Of a stretch of 64,000 nt of DNA, positions 1 to 8,687 are shown piece after piece (positions within the stretch are counted from its first letter, which is position 1; every line of letters begins with the position of its first letter). Below the pieces are notes generated by a model. The model made no database searches, was not told where the DNA came from, and saw only the letters and a program-made list of their open reading frames with translations. Source of the stretch: an uncultured Acidobacteriota bacterium (GTDB lineage Bacteria > Acidobacteriota > Vicinamibacteria > Vicinamibacterales > 2-12-FULL-66-21); assembly GCA_963785755.1 (NCBI GenBank), contig CAWAXG010000013.1, forward strand, positions 1,260,419-1,324,418, written 5' to 3'. The translations under genes and the position numbers were made by a program.

Positions 1-1
1 G

Positions 2-997
2 AACCCGTCGAATCTGCGGGTGCGGACCTGGCGCCGGCTGCAACAGCTCGGCGCGCTCCCGATCAAGCAGGCGGTCTATGCGCTGCCGGATACACCCGCC
101 GCCCGCGAGGATTTCGAGTGGCTGAAGACCGATGTCGAGAGCGCCGGCGGCCAGGCCAGCGTCTTCAGCGCCGGCACCATCGATGCCTGGTCGGATGACG
201 CCCTGGTCGACCAGTTCCGCCGCGCGCGCCAGGACGCGTACGCGGCCCTGGCCGAGGACGTCGAGAAGGTGCTCGAGCGCGACGCCCGCAAGAGCGGCCG
301 GGCCCGCGGCGGCCGCGCGCCGGCGCTGCGCCGGCTGCTGGAAATCCTCCGGCAACGGCTGTCGGCGATCGAAGGTGTCGACTTCTTCGGCAGCCCGGGA
401 CGCGAACGCGTGACCACGCTCTTGAAGCGGCTCGAAGACCGTGCGGCGCCGCTGCCCGTCCGGATGCCGGCGCCGGATGCGGTACGTGCCGCGCACCCGG
501 GCCACTACCAGGGCCGACGGTGGTTCACCCGGCCGCGGCCCGGCGTCGATCGAATGGCCTCGGCGTGGCTGATCCGGCGCTTCATCGATCCGCGCGCGCA
601 ATTCGCCTTCGCCACCGATCGAGACGAGGTGCCCGGCCGCGGCGTCCCGTTCGACATGTTCGGCGTGGCGTTCAGCCACCAGGGCGGGGGATGCACCTTC
701 GAAACGCTGTGCACGGTCTTCGGGATCGACGATCCGGCAGCCGCTCGAATCGCCGCGATCGTGCACGATCTGGATCTGAAGGATGGCCGGTTCGGCGCAC
801 CGGAATGCGCGACGGTCGGCGCGGTGATCGACGGACTGCAGCTGGCGCACGCCGACGATGACACGCTGCTCGCGCAGGGGATGACGCTGTTCGAATCGCT
901 CTATCAATCCTTCGAGCAGTCAGCCCGGTCCGCCGCTCCGCGTGCCCCCGTCCGGGGCCGGACGCCGGCGACGAAGAAAGCCGCTAGGCGATCTTGA
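2..997 (+). CDS. chrB: ChrB-family chromate-resistance protein; 5' end cut by the window edge
   Basis: The frame is open from nt 2 (NPSNLRVRTWRRLQQLGALPIKQAVYALP). The motif GRRWFTRPRPGVDRMASAWLIRRFIDP is typical of ChrB. Stop TGA at 995-997. Confidence 0.8.
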   Translation, partial: NPSNLRVRTWRRLQQLGALPIKQAVYALPDTPAAREDFEWLKTDVESAGGQASVFSAGTIDAWSDDALVDQFRRARQDAYAALAEDVEKVLERDARKSGRARGGRAPALRRLLEILRQRLSAIEGVDFFGSPGRERVTTLLKRLEDRAAPLPVRMPAPDAVRAAHPGHYQGRRWFTRPRPGVDRMASAWLIRRFIDPRAQFAFATDRDEVPGRGVPFDMFGVAFSHQGGGCTFETLCTVFGIDDPAAARIAAIVHDLDLKDGRFGAPECATVGAVIDGLQLAHADDDTLLAQGMTLFESLYQSFEQSARSAAPRAPVRGRTPATKKAARRS

Positions 998-1036
998 AAT
1001 CCTTATCCCTCATCCCTGATGAGGGATAGGGATTTC
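996..1036. terminator. Bidirectional terminator-like hairpin between convergent genes
   Basis: Arms gaaatccttatccctcatc and gatgagggatagggatttc pair over 19 nt with one mismatch and a 3-nt loop. The hairpin overlaps the chrB-like stop codon and the last codons of the CDF gene. Confidence 0.5.
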
Positions 1037-1927
1037 GCCGACCTTCCCCAGCGCCGGCTCGACGTGGACCAGCACGTCCGCGACCCAGCCGAGCTCGGCT
1101 CTGACCTGCGTTCTCACCCGCCCGGCGATCGCGTGTCCGGCTTCCACCGTGAGCCGCGGATCGACTTCGATGTGCAGGTCCACGTGGTACCCGAGGCCGG
1201 TCTTCCGGGCGAAGATCTTCTCGATGCCGAGCACGCCCGGCACGGTTTCCGCCACGCGCCGCACCCGCTCGATCATGTCACCGCGCGGCATCGTGTCCAT
1301 GAGCTCGAGCGACGCGTCGCGCAGCACCCGGACGCCCGTGAGCATGACGATGATGCCGACCGCGAACCCGCCATAGTGGTCGGCCGCGAGGAACCGGACC
1401 GGGTTGTACATCGTGAGCACCACCGCCGTCAGGGCGGTCAGCGCGGCAAGAATGTCGACGGTATCGTTCCAGGCGTCGGCGACGAGCGAGGTGCTGCCGA
1501 TGCGCCGGCCGATCCGGAACTTGATCGCCGACATGGCGCCGCGCACGCCGATCGCGACCACCAGGACCACGACGGCGGCCGACGACGGCGGCGGATGGTG
1601 CTCCCCCACCGCCTGCAGCGAGTTCCAGCCGATCCCCGCACCGCCAGCGACCAGGATCATCCCGACGACGAACCCGGCCAGCGTTTCGATGCGGCCGTGG
1701 CCGTAGGGGTGGTTCGCGTCCGGCGGCCTGCCCGCTATGACCATCCCGAACAAGACGACCGTTGAGGCGACCACGTCGCCGGCGAACTCGAGCCCGGCGG
1801 CCACCACCGACGTCGATCGCGTGAGCAGACCGACCACGATGCTCGAGGTCGCGAGCATCGCGCTCGCGACGATCCCGACGATGGCGATCCACCGTCCGAC
1901 ACGATAGTCCTGGGGCCGTGGCGGCAT
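1010..1927 (-). CDS. Cation diffusion facilitator (CDF) family metal efflux transporter
   Basis: 305-aa ORF with six predicted TM helices, the HPYGHGRIETLAG motif and a C-terminal cytoplasmic domain (HVDLHIEVD). ATG at 1925-1927. Confidence 0.9.
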   Translation of the reverse strand: MPPRPQDYRVGRWIAIVGIVASAMLATSSIVVGLLTRSTSVVAAGLEFAGDVVASTVVLFGMVIAGRPPDANHPYGHGRIETLAGFVVGMILVAGGAGIGWNSLQAVGEHHPPPSSAAVVVLVVAIGVRGAMSAIKFRIGRRIGSTSLVADAWNDTVDILAALTALTAVVLTMYNPVRFLAADHYGGFAVGIIVMLTGVRVLRDASLELMDTMPRGDMIERVRRVAETVPGVLGIEKIFARKTGLGYHVDLHIEVDPRLTVEAGHAIAGRVRTQVRAELGWVADVLVHVEPALGKVGEIPIPHQG

Positions 1928-2173
1928 GCATCAATTGTGGGTCCGGGGCGGCCGGGGTGTCGAGCAAGGTCCAGCCGGCGAGCCTGCGTCGCCTCGGATG
2001 GACCGGCACCGGCCGCGCGCCCACCAATGCTTGTAACGACTATTTACTTGCTATGTAACATTCGTTACTGACACAATGGAACGGGCCCTACCATGGAGGA
2101 TGATCCATGTCCCAGTTCCTCACGAGTTGCGGAGCGCCCGGGCGGCCGACAGGTCTGCTGACCGCTCTGTTCG

Positions 2174-3412
2174 TCACGCACCCGTGAGCGCGTCGCGGCT
2201 GCGCTGCAGAAAGTCCCGCTCACGCGCGTTGCCGGTCCGCGCGATCGCTGCCGCATAGGCCCGGGCCGCGTCATCAGCGCGGCCGAGGCGGCGGAGAAGG
2301 TCGGCGCGGATCGCGTGGAACAGGTAGTAGCCGTCGAGATCGAGCGGTGAAAGATCGTCGACGAGCGCAAGCGCGGCCTGCGGCCCCTCGACTTCGGCGA
2401 CGGCGACCGCCCGGTTGAGCGCGACGACCGGGCCCGGCGCGATCGCCAGCAGCTGGTCATAGAGCCGCACGATCTGTCGCCAGTCTGTCGCAGAAGCGAC
2501 TGGCGCGGCGCTGTGCACGGCGTTGATCGCCGCCTGGATCTGGTACGGGCCAGGCTGGTTGCGGCGGAGGCATCGACGGACGATCGCCTGCCCTTCGGCA
2601 ATGAGCCGGCGATTCCACAGGGCGCGGTTCTGGTCGGCGAGCAGCACGAGATCGCCCCCGGCACTGACCCGCGCCGGCCGGCGCGATTCGATCAACAGCA
2701 TGAGCGCGAGCAACCCCATCACTTCCGGATCGCCGGGCATCAGCGCCGCGAGGAGGCGGCCGAGACGGATCGCCTCGGTGCAGAGATCGTCGCGCATGAG
2801 GCGCTCGCCCGAGCTCGCCGTGTAGCCTTCGTTGAAAATGAGGTAGACGACCGCGAGCACGGCGCGAAGCCGAACCGGCAAATCCGTTTCGTCCGGCACC
2901 CGATACGGAATCCCCGCGTCGCGGATCTTGCCCTTCGCCCGCACCAGCCGCTGAGCCATGGTCGGCTCCGGCACCAGGAACGCGCGGGCGATCTCCGCGG
3001 TGGTGAGCCCGCCGAGCAGACGCAGCGTGAGCGCCACCTGCGCGCCGGTCGCCAGCGCCGGGTGGCAACAGGTGAAGATCAGACGGAGCCGATCGTCGCG
3101 CACGGCATCACCCTCCTCCTCGAGCGAATCGTGGCTGGCGTGCAGCAGCGCGGCCTGCGCGTGCCGATCCTCGCGCGACGATTCGCGGCGAAGGCGATCG
3201 ATGGCCCGGTGCCGGGCCGTCGTGATGATCCACCCGGCCGGGCTCGGCGGCAGGCCGGCCGACGGCCATCGTTCGACCGCGACAGTGAACGCGTCCTGCA
3301 CCGCTTCCTCGGCGACATCGATGTTCCCGAAATGGCGGACCAGGACCGCCACGGCGCGACCGTATTCGTCGCGGAACACACGTGCGATCTCCGAGAGGTC
3401 GATGGCTGGCAC
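2174..3412 (-). CDS. ECF sigma factor with long C-terminal extension (ECF42-like)
   Basis: Sigma-70 region 2 ([34 protein letters not shown]) and region 4 ([24 protein letters not shown]), followed by a helical tail of about 200 aa. GTG start. Confidence 0.85.
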   Translation of the reverse strand: MPAIDLSEIARVFRDEYGRAVAVLVRHFGNIDVAEEAVQDAFTVAVERWPSAGLPPSPAGWIITTARHRAIDRLRRESSREDRHAQAALLHASHDSLEEEGDAVRDDRLRLIFTCCHPALATGAQVALTLRLLGGLTTAEIARAFLVPEPTMAQRLVRAKGKIRDAGIPYRVPDETDLPVRLRAVLAVVYLIFNEGYTASSGERLMRDDLCTEAIRLGRLLAALMPGDPEVMGLLALMLLIESRRPARVSAGGDLVLLADQNRALWNRRLIAEGQAIVRRCLRRNQPGPYQIQAAINAVHSAAPVASATDWRQIVRLYDQLLAIAPGPVVALNRAVAVAEVEGPQAALALVDDLSPLDLDGYYLFHAIRADLLRRLGRADDAARAYAAAIARTGNARERDFLQRSRDALTGA

Positions 3413-3427
3413 GGACCGGGTCAGATT

Positions 3428-3796
3428 TCAGCCTCCATGGTGCAACGGCCGCACTTCGATGGGAAGACTGTCCGGATAGCCCGGCAGCGTCAGCGCACGC
3501 GCCAGCTTACGGGCCCATTCGAGCGCCGAGTCGAGATCCGGGCTCTTGACGATGGTGAAGCCGCCGATGTGCTCTTTGCCTTCGGTGTAAGGCCCGTCGG
3601 TGGTAAGCACCTCGCCAGTCTTGATCCGCACGACCGTCGCGGTGCTCGGCGGGTGCATACCGGCGTTGAACACCCATGCCCCGGCCGACTTCATCTCCTC
3701 GATCAAGGCTTCCACGTCCCGCATCACTTTTTCGACAAGTTCGGGCGCCGGCGCTTCGCCATCGGGCTGATAAATGCTGAGCAGGTACTGTTTCAT
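3428..3796 (-). CDS. YCII-related (DGPF-type) small protein
   Basis: 122-aa ORF MKQYLLSIYQPDG...DGPYTEGKEHIGGFTIVK. It lies 15 bp upstream of the ECF sigma gene on the same strand. Confidence 0.85.
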   Translation of the reverse strand: MKQYLLSIYQPDGEAPAPELVEKVMRDVEALIEEMKSAGAWVFNAGMHPPSTATVVRIKTGEVLTTDGPYTEGKEHIGGFTIVKSPDLDSALEWARKLARALTLPGYPDSLPIEVRPLHHGG

Positions 3797-3930
3797 CTCG
3801 GGTCTCCGTGAATGGTATCGGACTCGAATCTGAGCCCGGCTCCAACCTCTATACGAACGGTACGCCGGTAGATCGACAGTCCGGGTGGGACTGGAGGACG
3901 TCAGTTGTCTTCCACCTGATCTTTTTTACA

Positions 3931-3945
3931 GGGAGGACGGGAGGG
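3931..3945. repeat. GGGAGGACGGGAGG motif, copy 1
   Basis: gggaggacgggaggg preceded by a T run. The same word occurs at 17692-17705 and, reverse-complemented and extended, at 28529-28550. Confidence 0.6.
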
Positions 3946-4070
3946 CCGTTTTTAGGAAGAAGCACGGCTTACGGATCCGTCGTGCACCGAGCCGTGGTGC
4001 TGGCCTGATGCGTGAAGCGCAAGTCGTGACGTCTCTGAAAGAAGGTGATCATTTCGAAGATACTCCCGCG

Positions 4071-4622
4071 TCACAGCGCGAGGTCAGCCGACACATCCCG
4101 CCCGAACACGCGCCCGAGCGCCGCGCGCGCGGCCCAATACCCGCACATCCCGTGCACACCGCCACCGGGGGGTGTCGAGGCCGAGCACAGAAACAGCCGT
4201 GGGTTCGAGGTCGTGTATGGATTCCACCGCGGAAACGGCCGCAACGGGAACTGGTCGAGCGTGTGCGCGCCGCCGGCGATGTCACCGCCCACGAGATTCG
4301 GATTGTGTGATTCCAGGGCGCCGGAGGGCATGACGAACCGCGCGAGGATGGTGTCACGGAAGCCGGGAGCGAAACGTTCGATCTGGCGCTCGACGCGATC
4401 GGTCATGTCGGCGGTCGCCCCGTTCGGCACGTGGCAGTACGCCCACCCGGTGTGACGTCCCGCAGGGGCACGCGTCGGATCGACGTGGCTCTGCTGCGCC
4501 ACGATGACGAAGGGCGCCTCCGGGATTCGACCGGTGTTGGCAGCCGCCTCGGACCGCGCGATCTCTTCGTATCCGGCGATGGCTGTCCGGGCTCTCCGCG
4601 GACCGCCCGCTCGCCGGGCCGG
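4071..4622 (-). pseudogene. C-terminal remnant of a phytoene-desaturase-family (CrtI-like) FAD oxidoreductase
   Basis: The frame reads ...PFVIVAQQSHVDPTRAPAGRHTGWAYCHVPNG...CSASTPPGGGVHGMCGYWAA. An upstream in-frame TGA lies at about 4623. Only about 140 bp separate it from the next gene, so roughly the N-terminal two thirds of a normal-length enzyme is absent. Confidence 0.65.
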
Positions 4623-4762
4623 TCATGACCGGAATGCCCGGTTCACGATCGACGGCGAGGGCTCCGGGGTGCGCAGGAGCACCTGAGTGAATGCGCGGTT
4701 CGCATCGAAACACACTTGCCAGACGACGTCACCCAAGGCGACGGCCCGCGACCGCGGTCGCG

Positions 4763-5764
4763 TCACGACTCGGACGGCGAAGTCCCCGGCCGCACGATGC
4801 AGCGGAAACCGAGATGACAGGTCGAAGTATCGATCGGCTCGGGGAACCGAGCCGCCGGCCGGTACCGGCGACAGTAGTTCGGCGCGCACAGATGCGAGCC
4901 GCCCTTGATTACCTTCCGTGGGATGCGGATGTTCGGCTGACCCGGGTCGTAGCTGTCGTCCTCGCGCGCGCCGCGCGGATTCCGCGGCGTGCAGCAGGCC
5001 TTGATGACCTCGCTCGGATGTTTGGGATGGTACCAGTCCGTCGTCCATTCCCAGACATTCCCGACCATGTCGTAGAGGCCGTATCCGTTGGGGGGGAACG
5101 CATCGACCGGCGAGGTGCCCTCGTAGCCGTCCTCCACGAGGTTCTGCCACGGGAATTCCCCCTGCCAGGTATTGGCCAGGTGATCGTGCTCGTCGCGGAG
5201 GAAGGCGTCGCCCCAGGCGTACGCGGCGCCGTCGAGCCCGCCGCGCGCCGCCAGCTCCCATTCCGCCTCGGTCGGCAGCGCCTTGCCTTCCCACTCCGCG
5301 AACGCCAGCGCGTCGGCGAAGGCGACGTGCACGACAGGGTGCCGCTCGCGGTCCGCGATCGAGGACGAGGGTCCATACGGATGCCTCCAGTCCGCGCCGC
5401 GCAGGAAGCTCCACCAGTTCCCGATATTGCGGAGATCGACCGGGCCGTCGGGCTGCACGAAGACGAGCGAACCGGCGTAGAGCATGTGCGGCAGGGCGCC
5501 GGGATAATCGGCCGGGTCGGGGGGAATCTCCGCGAACGTGACGTGTCCCGTCTCGTGGACGAAACGCGCGAATCGCTCGTTGGTCACCGGATAGCGGTCC
5601 ATCCAGAACCCGTCAACGGAGACGCGATGAACCGGGCGCTCTTCGGGGTAGTGCGCGTCTGAGCCCATACGGTAGGTGGTCGCCGGAATCCAGACCATGT
5701 CGGGGAACGGCGGAGCTTCACCCTTGCCGGCAGAATCCTCTATCTGTAGGTCCTGATGCGACAT
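4763..5764 (-). CDS. Formylglycine-generating enzyme (SUMF1/FGE) family protein
   Basis: 333-aa ORF with RMGSDAHYPEERPVHRVSVDGFWMDRYPVTN, GNVWEWTTDWY and KGGSHLCAPNYCRRYRPAAR. Confidence 0.92.
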   Translation of the reverse strand: MSHQDLQIEDSAGKGEAPPFPDMVWIPATTYRMGSDAHYPEERPVHRVSVDGFWMDRYPVTNERFARFVHETGHVTFAEIPPDPADYPGALPHMLYAGSLVFVQPDGPVDLRNIGNWWSFLRGADWRHPYGPSSSIADRERHPVVHVAFADALAFAEWEGKALPTEAEWELAARGGLDGAAYAWGDAFLRDEHDHLANTWQGEFPWQNLVEDGYEGTSPVDAFPPNGYGLYDMVGNVWEWTTDWYHPKHPSEVIKACCTPRNPRGAREDDSYDPGQPNIRIPRKVIKGGSHLCAPNYCRRYRPAARFPEPIDTSTCHLGFRCIVRPGTSPSES

Positions 5765-6111
5765 GCATCTCCTCAGGAGACCGTCCCATTCATCCGGGAC
5801 GGTCGGTTCACGGCTGACGCCGGTACCCTAATGGGATCACCCGGCAGTGCGGAAGCGGAAAACTACGTACCCGAAGACCGTAGAAGTACGTGCCCGCGCC
5901 GGAAGAAAGTACCGGTCCCGGCGGTCATGAGCTCGAGGCTTGAGGCCCTTCAGTGCGGCAGGCGGCCGACAGCTCGTCAATTCCCTCGGACGCCCGTACT
6001 TTTTCACCGCCCGCGCCGTACTTCTCCAGCCCTGCGGGGCGTAGTCTCCCGCTTCACGTGCCCGAGCTTCGTTCCTATCCTTGGCAGGTGGCACTGGAAG
6101 AAGGTGATCCG

Positions 6112-6546
6112 ATGAATCGAAGGCGAGTGCTGCTGGCCGACGATCACGCGGCAACGATGCAGTGCTGGCGGACGCTGCTCGAACCGGAGTTCGAGGTGGT
6201 GGGGACCGTCGCCGACGGACAGGAGCTGGTTGACGCCGCCGAGCGGCTGAGACCGGACGTCATTGTCACCGACGTCGTGATGCCGGGGATGAGCGGAATC
6301 CTGGCGGCGGCGGCGATTCTGCGCCGCCACGCGGCGGCGCGCATCGTGTTCGCGACGGTGCATGCGGACCGCACGATGCTGCGCAAGGGCCTCGCACTCG
6401 GCGCGTTCGGCTACGTGCTGAAGGTCAGGGCGGGAGACGATCTCGTGCCGGCGATTCGAGCGGCGATTCGAGGCGACCTGCACATCAGTCCCTTCCCGGT
6501 GCTCGCGGAGCCGGGCACCGAGGTTGGACCCCGACGTCCGTGCTGA
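6112..6546 (+). CDS. Stand-alone response-regulator receiver protein
   Basis: MNRRRVLLADDH...RPDVIVTDVVMPGMSG...GAFGYVLK with no output domain. ATG at 6112 within the longer 5953 ORF. Confidence 0.8.
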   Translation: MNRRRVLLADDHAATMQCWRTLLEPEFEVVGTVADGQELVDAAERLRPDVIVTDVVMPGMSGILAAAAILRRHAAARIVFATVHADRTMLRKGLALGAFGYVLKVRAGDDLVPAIRAAIRGDLHISPFPVLAEPGTEVGPRRPC

Positions 6547-6650
6547 CGGCAGACCAGCTGATCGAAAAAAGCAGAAAACACGAAATGAGCTCCGGACGCG
6601 GCTGGAGTCTGACACACCGTCAGCCGTCCGCCCCGGCCGGGGAGGAGCAC

Positions 6651-8018
6651 ATGTTCGAGCACCTGGTGAACGACGCCTCATCGCGCCTCAACGTGCCCGC
6701 GGCGAACCTGTCGGAAATGATGCGCGAGCTGCTCTGGCTCGTCACCAACGAGCGAACCGGCGGGCCGGAGGGCTTTCTCGACCAGTTCCGGCGCGCCGGC
6801 CTCGGTGACGCGACCAGGTCCTGGTTCGACGGGAGGGAAGGCCGGTTACTCACGACAGCCGAGCTCGAGTCGGCGCTGGGCACGAGCACGCTCGACCATC
6901 TCGCGATCTCGAGCGGCCTCAGCCGCGCCTCGGCGATGTCGGCGGTTGCCCTTCTGCTGCCGAGGCTGATCGGCCGGTTGACGCCTGGCAGCAGGCTCGC
7001 GCCCGACGTCGCGCTCCCGTCACAGGTCACGTCCTATCTGACGACGCCCGACTCGCCACCGCAGCTGCAGGTCCGGCGGATGTCGTGGCAGTGGCTTCCG
7101 TGGACCGCCTGGGCCGTCCTCTCGCTGGCGGGTCTGCTTTTACTGCGCGGGACCGCCGGAACGATCAATCCCCAGCTCACACTGACCAACCGCGACGGAC
7201 TGATTGTCTACTCTGGCCTCGTCCGCGACGACGCGAGCAGGAGGGCGATCGTCGGCGCTCTTCAGACGACCTTCGGCGAGCAGAATGTCAACGGACACAT
7301 CGGCGTCGATCGCCACGTGAGGCAGGCGTCCTGGATGTCGTGGCCCGGCGACCTGTTCGGATATCTGAAGGTGCCCGGCGTCGACTTCTCGCTCAACGGT
7401 GACGCGATCGGCATCGGCGGATGGCTGTCGGCCGCGGAGCGGCAGACCCTGACCGACAGGCTGCGGGCGCATTTCGGCCCCGACGCCAGCATCGGCACGC
7501 TCGGCGATGCGGCCGCGGACGCGATTCGAGCGGCCAACGACAAAGCGCTTTCGGCGCTCCCGGCGCTTTCGGCGGTGGGCACGATCGGCGTGTCCGGCAT
7601 ATCCGCGGATTCGCTCGTCAGGGCCATGAACCTGGCGATCATCAACTTCGCGACCGCAAGCGCCGATATTCCCGCCGATGGCGCGGCGATCATTCGCAAG
7701 TCGGCGGAGGTAATGGTGGCAATGCGGGCGGTGCCGGCAGGAACGATGATCGAGATCGGCGGGCACACTGACAGCACCGGCGATCCGGCCGGCAACCTGG
7801 CGCTGTCGCAACAGCGGGCCGACGCCGTCAAGCACGCGCTGGTGGCGGCCGGCGTCCCGGCGGCGATCCTGATCGCGAAGGGATATGGCGCCACCAGGCC
7901 ACGGGCCACGAACGATACCGAATACCGCCGATTCCTGAACCGCCGTATCGTGTTCGCGGTGATCCGCAAGCCGGTAGCCGGTCTGAAGAACGGGAGCTCA
8001 GAGCCGATCCGAGAGTGA
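6651..8018 (+). CDS. OmpA-family protein with DUF937/YidB-like N-terminal region, one TM helix and BON-like middle region
   Basis: MFEHLVNDASSRLN... N-terminus. The C-terminus IEIGGHTDSTGDPAGNLALSQQRADAVKHALVAAGV is an OmpA-C-like peptidoglycan-binding motif. ggaggag lies upstream of the ATG at 6651. Confidence 0.8.
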   Translation: MFEHLVNDASSRLNVPAANLSEMMRELLWLVTNERTGGPEGFLDQFRRAGLGDATRSWFDGREGRLLTTAELESALGTSTLDHLAISSGLSRASAMSAVALLLPRLIGRLTPGSRLAPDVALPSQVTSYLTTPDSPPQLQVRRMSWQWLPWTAWAVLSLAGLLLLRGTAGTINPQLTLTNRDGLIVYSGLVRDDASRRAIVGALQTTFGEQNVNGHIGVDRHVRQASWMSWPGDLFGYLKVPGVDFSLNGDAIGIGGWLSAAERQTLTDRLRAHFGPDASIGTLGDAAADAIRAANDKALSALPALSAVGTIGVSGISADSLVRAMNLAIINFATASADIPADGAAIIRKSAEVMVAMRAVPAGTMIEIGGHTDSTGDPAGNLALSQQRADAVKHALVAAGVPAAILIAKGYGATRPRATNDTEYRRFLNRRIVFAVIRKPVAGLKNGSSEPIRE

Positions 8019-8044
8019 GCCTGACCGGCTCACGTGGCGGGGAG

Positions 8045-8687
8045 TCAAAACACAACCAGGTGGTGCTGAATCGCATAGCGCACCAGCTCCGTCGTCGAGT
8101 GGACGTTCAGATCCCGCATCATCTCGTACTTGATCGTCTCGACCGTGCGCGGGGAAAGGTTGAGGCTCGCGGCGATCTCCTTCATCCGGTGGCCGTTCAC
8201 GATCAGGCGCAGGACCTCTTTCTGCCGCGCGGTCAGCTCGCACCCTCGAGGACCGTCGGGGGACGACATCAGCGCGAGAACGTCTCCGGTCAATGCGGCG
8301 CTGAGATAGGTGTGACCCTGGAGAACCTCGTCGATCGCGTTGACCAGCTCCTGGCCGCTCGACTGCTTCAGCACGAAACCCTTGGCGCCGAGCCGGAAGG
8401 CTTCGGCCGCCAGCCTGCGCATCCCCGTGCATCGTCAGGAAGACGACGCGGCTGTCGTCGTGATTCGCCCGCAACTGCCGCAGCCCCTCGAGCCCGCTCA
8501 GCCGGGGCATCGAAATGTCGCTGACGATGACGTCCGGGCGCAGGCGCTTCGCGGCATCGAGCAGCGAGCTGCCGTCGGTGACCGTGCCCACGACGTCGTA
8601 GCGGTCTTTGAGGATTCGGACGATCCCGTCGATGAAGACGACGTGATCGTCGGCGAGGAGAACGGTTGCACGGCGCGTGTTCGTCAT
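8045..8687 (-). pseudogene. NarL/FixJ-type response regulator interrupted by one +1 frameshift
   Basis: The receiver (LLADDH...VVFLTMHGD) is in the frame ending at 8687. The rest (RRLAAEAFRLGAKGFVLK...LTARQKEVLRLIVNGHRMKEIA) is in the 8045..8422 frame. The junction is at a run of four C (G on the coding strand) at 8423-8426. Confidence 0.8.

Noticed and set aside
2028-2080. AT-rich stretch upstream of the CDF gene containing GTAAC-ATTC-GTTAC (2055-2068) as a metal-regulator operator.
   Set aside because: It has only a 5-bp arm palindrome, and no cognate MerR- or ArsR-type regulator gene is adjacent. The evidence is too weak for a call, though it is plausibly part of the promoter.
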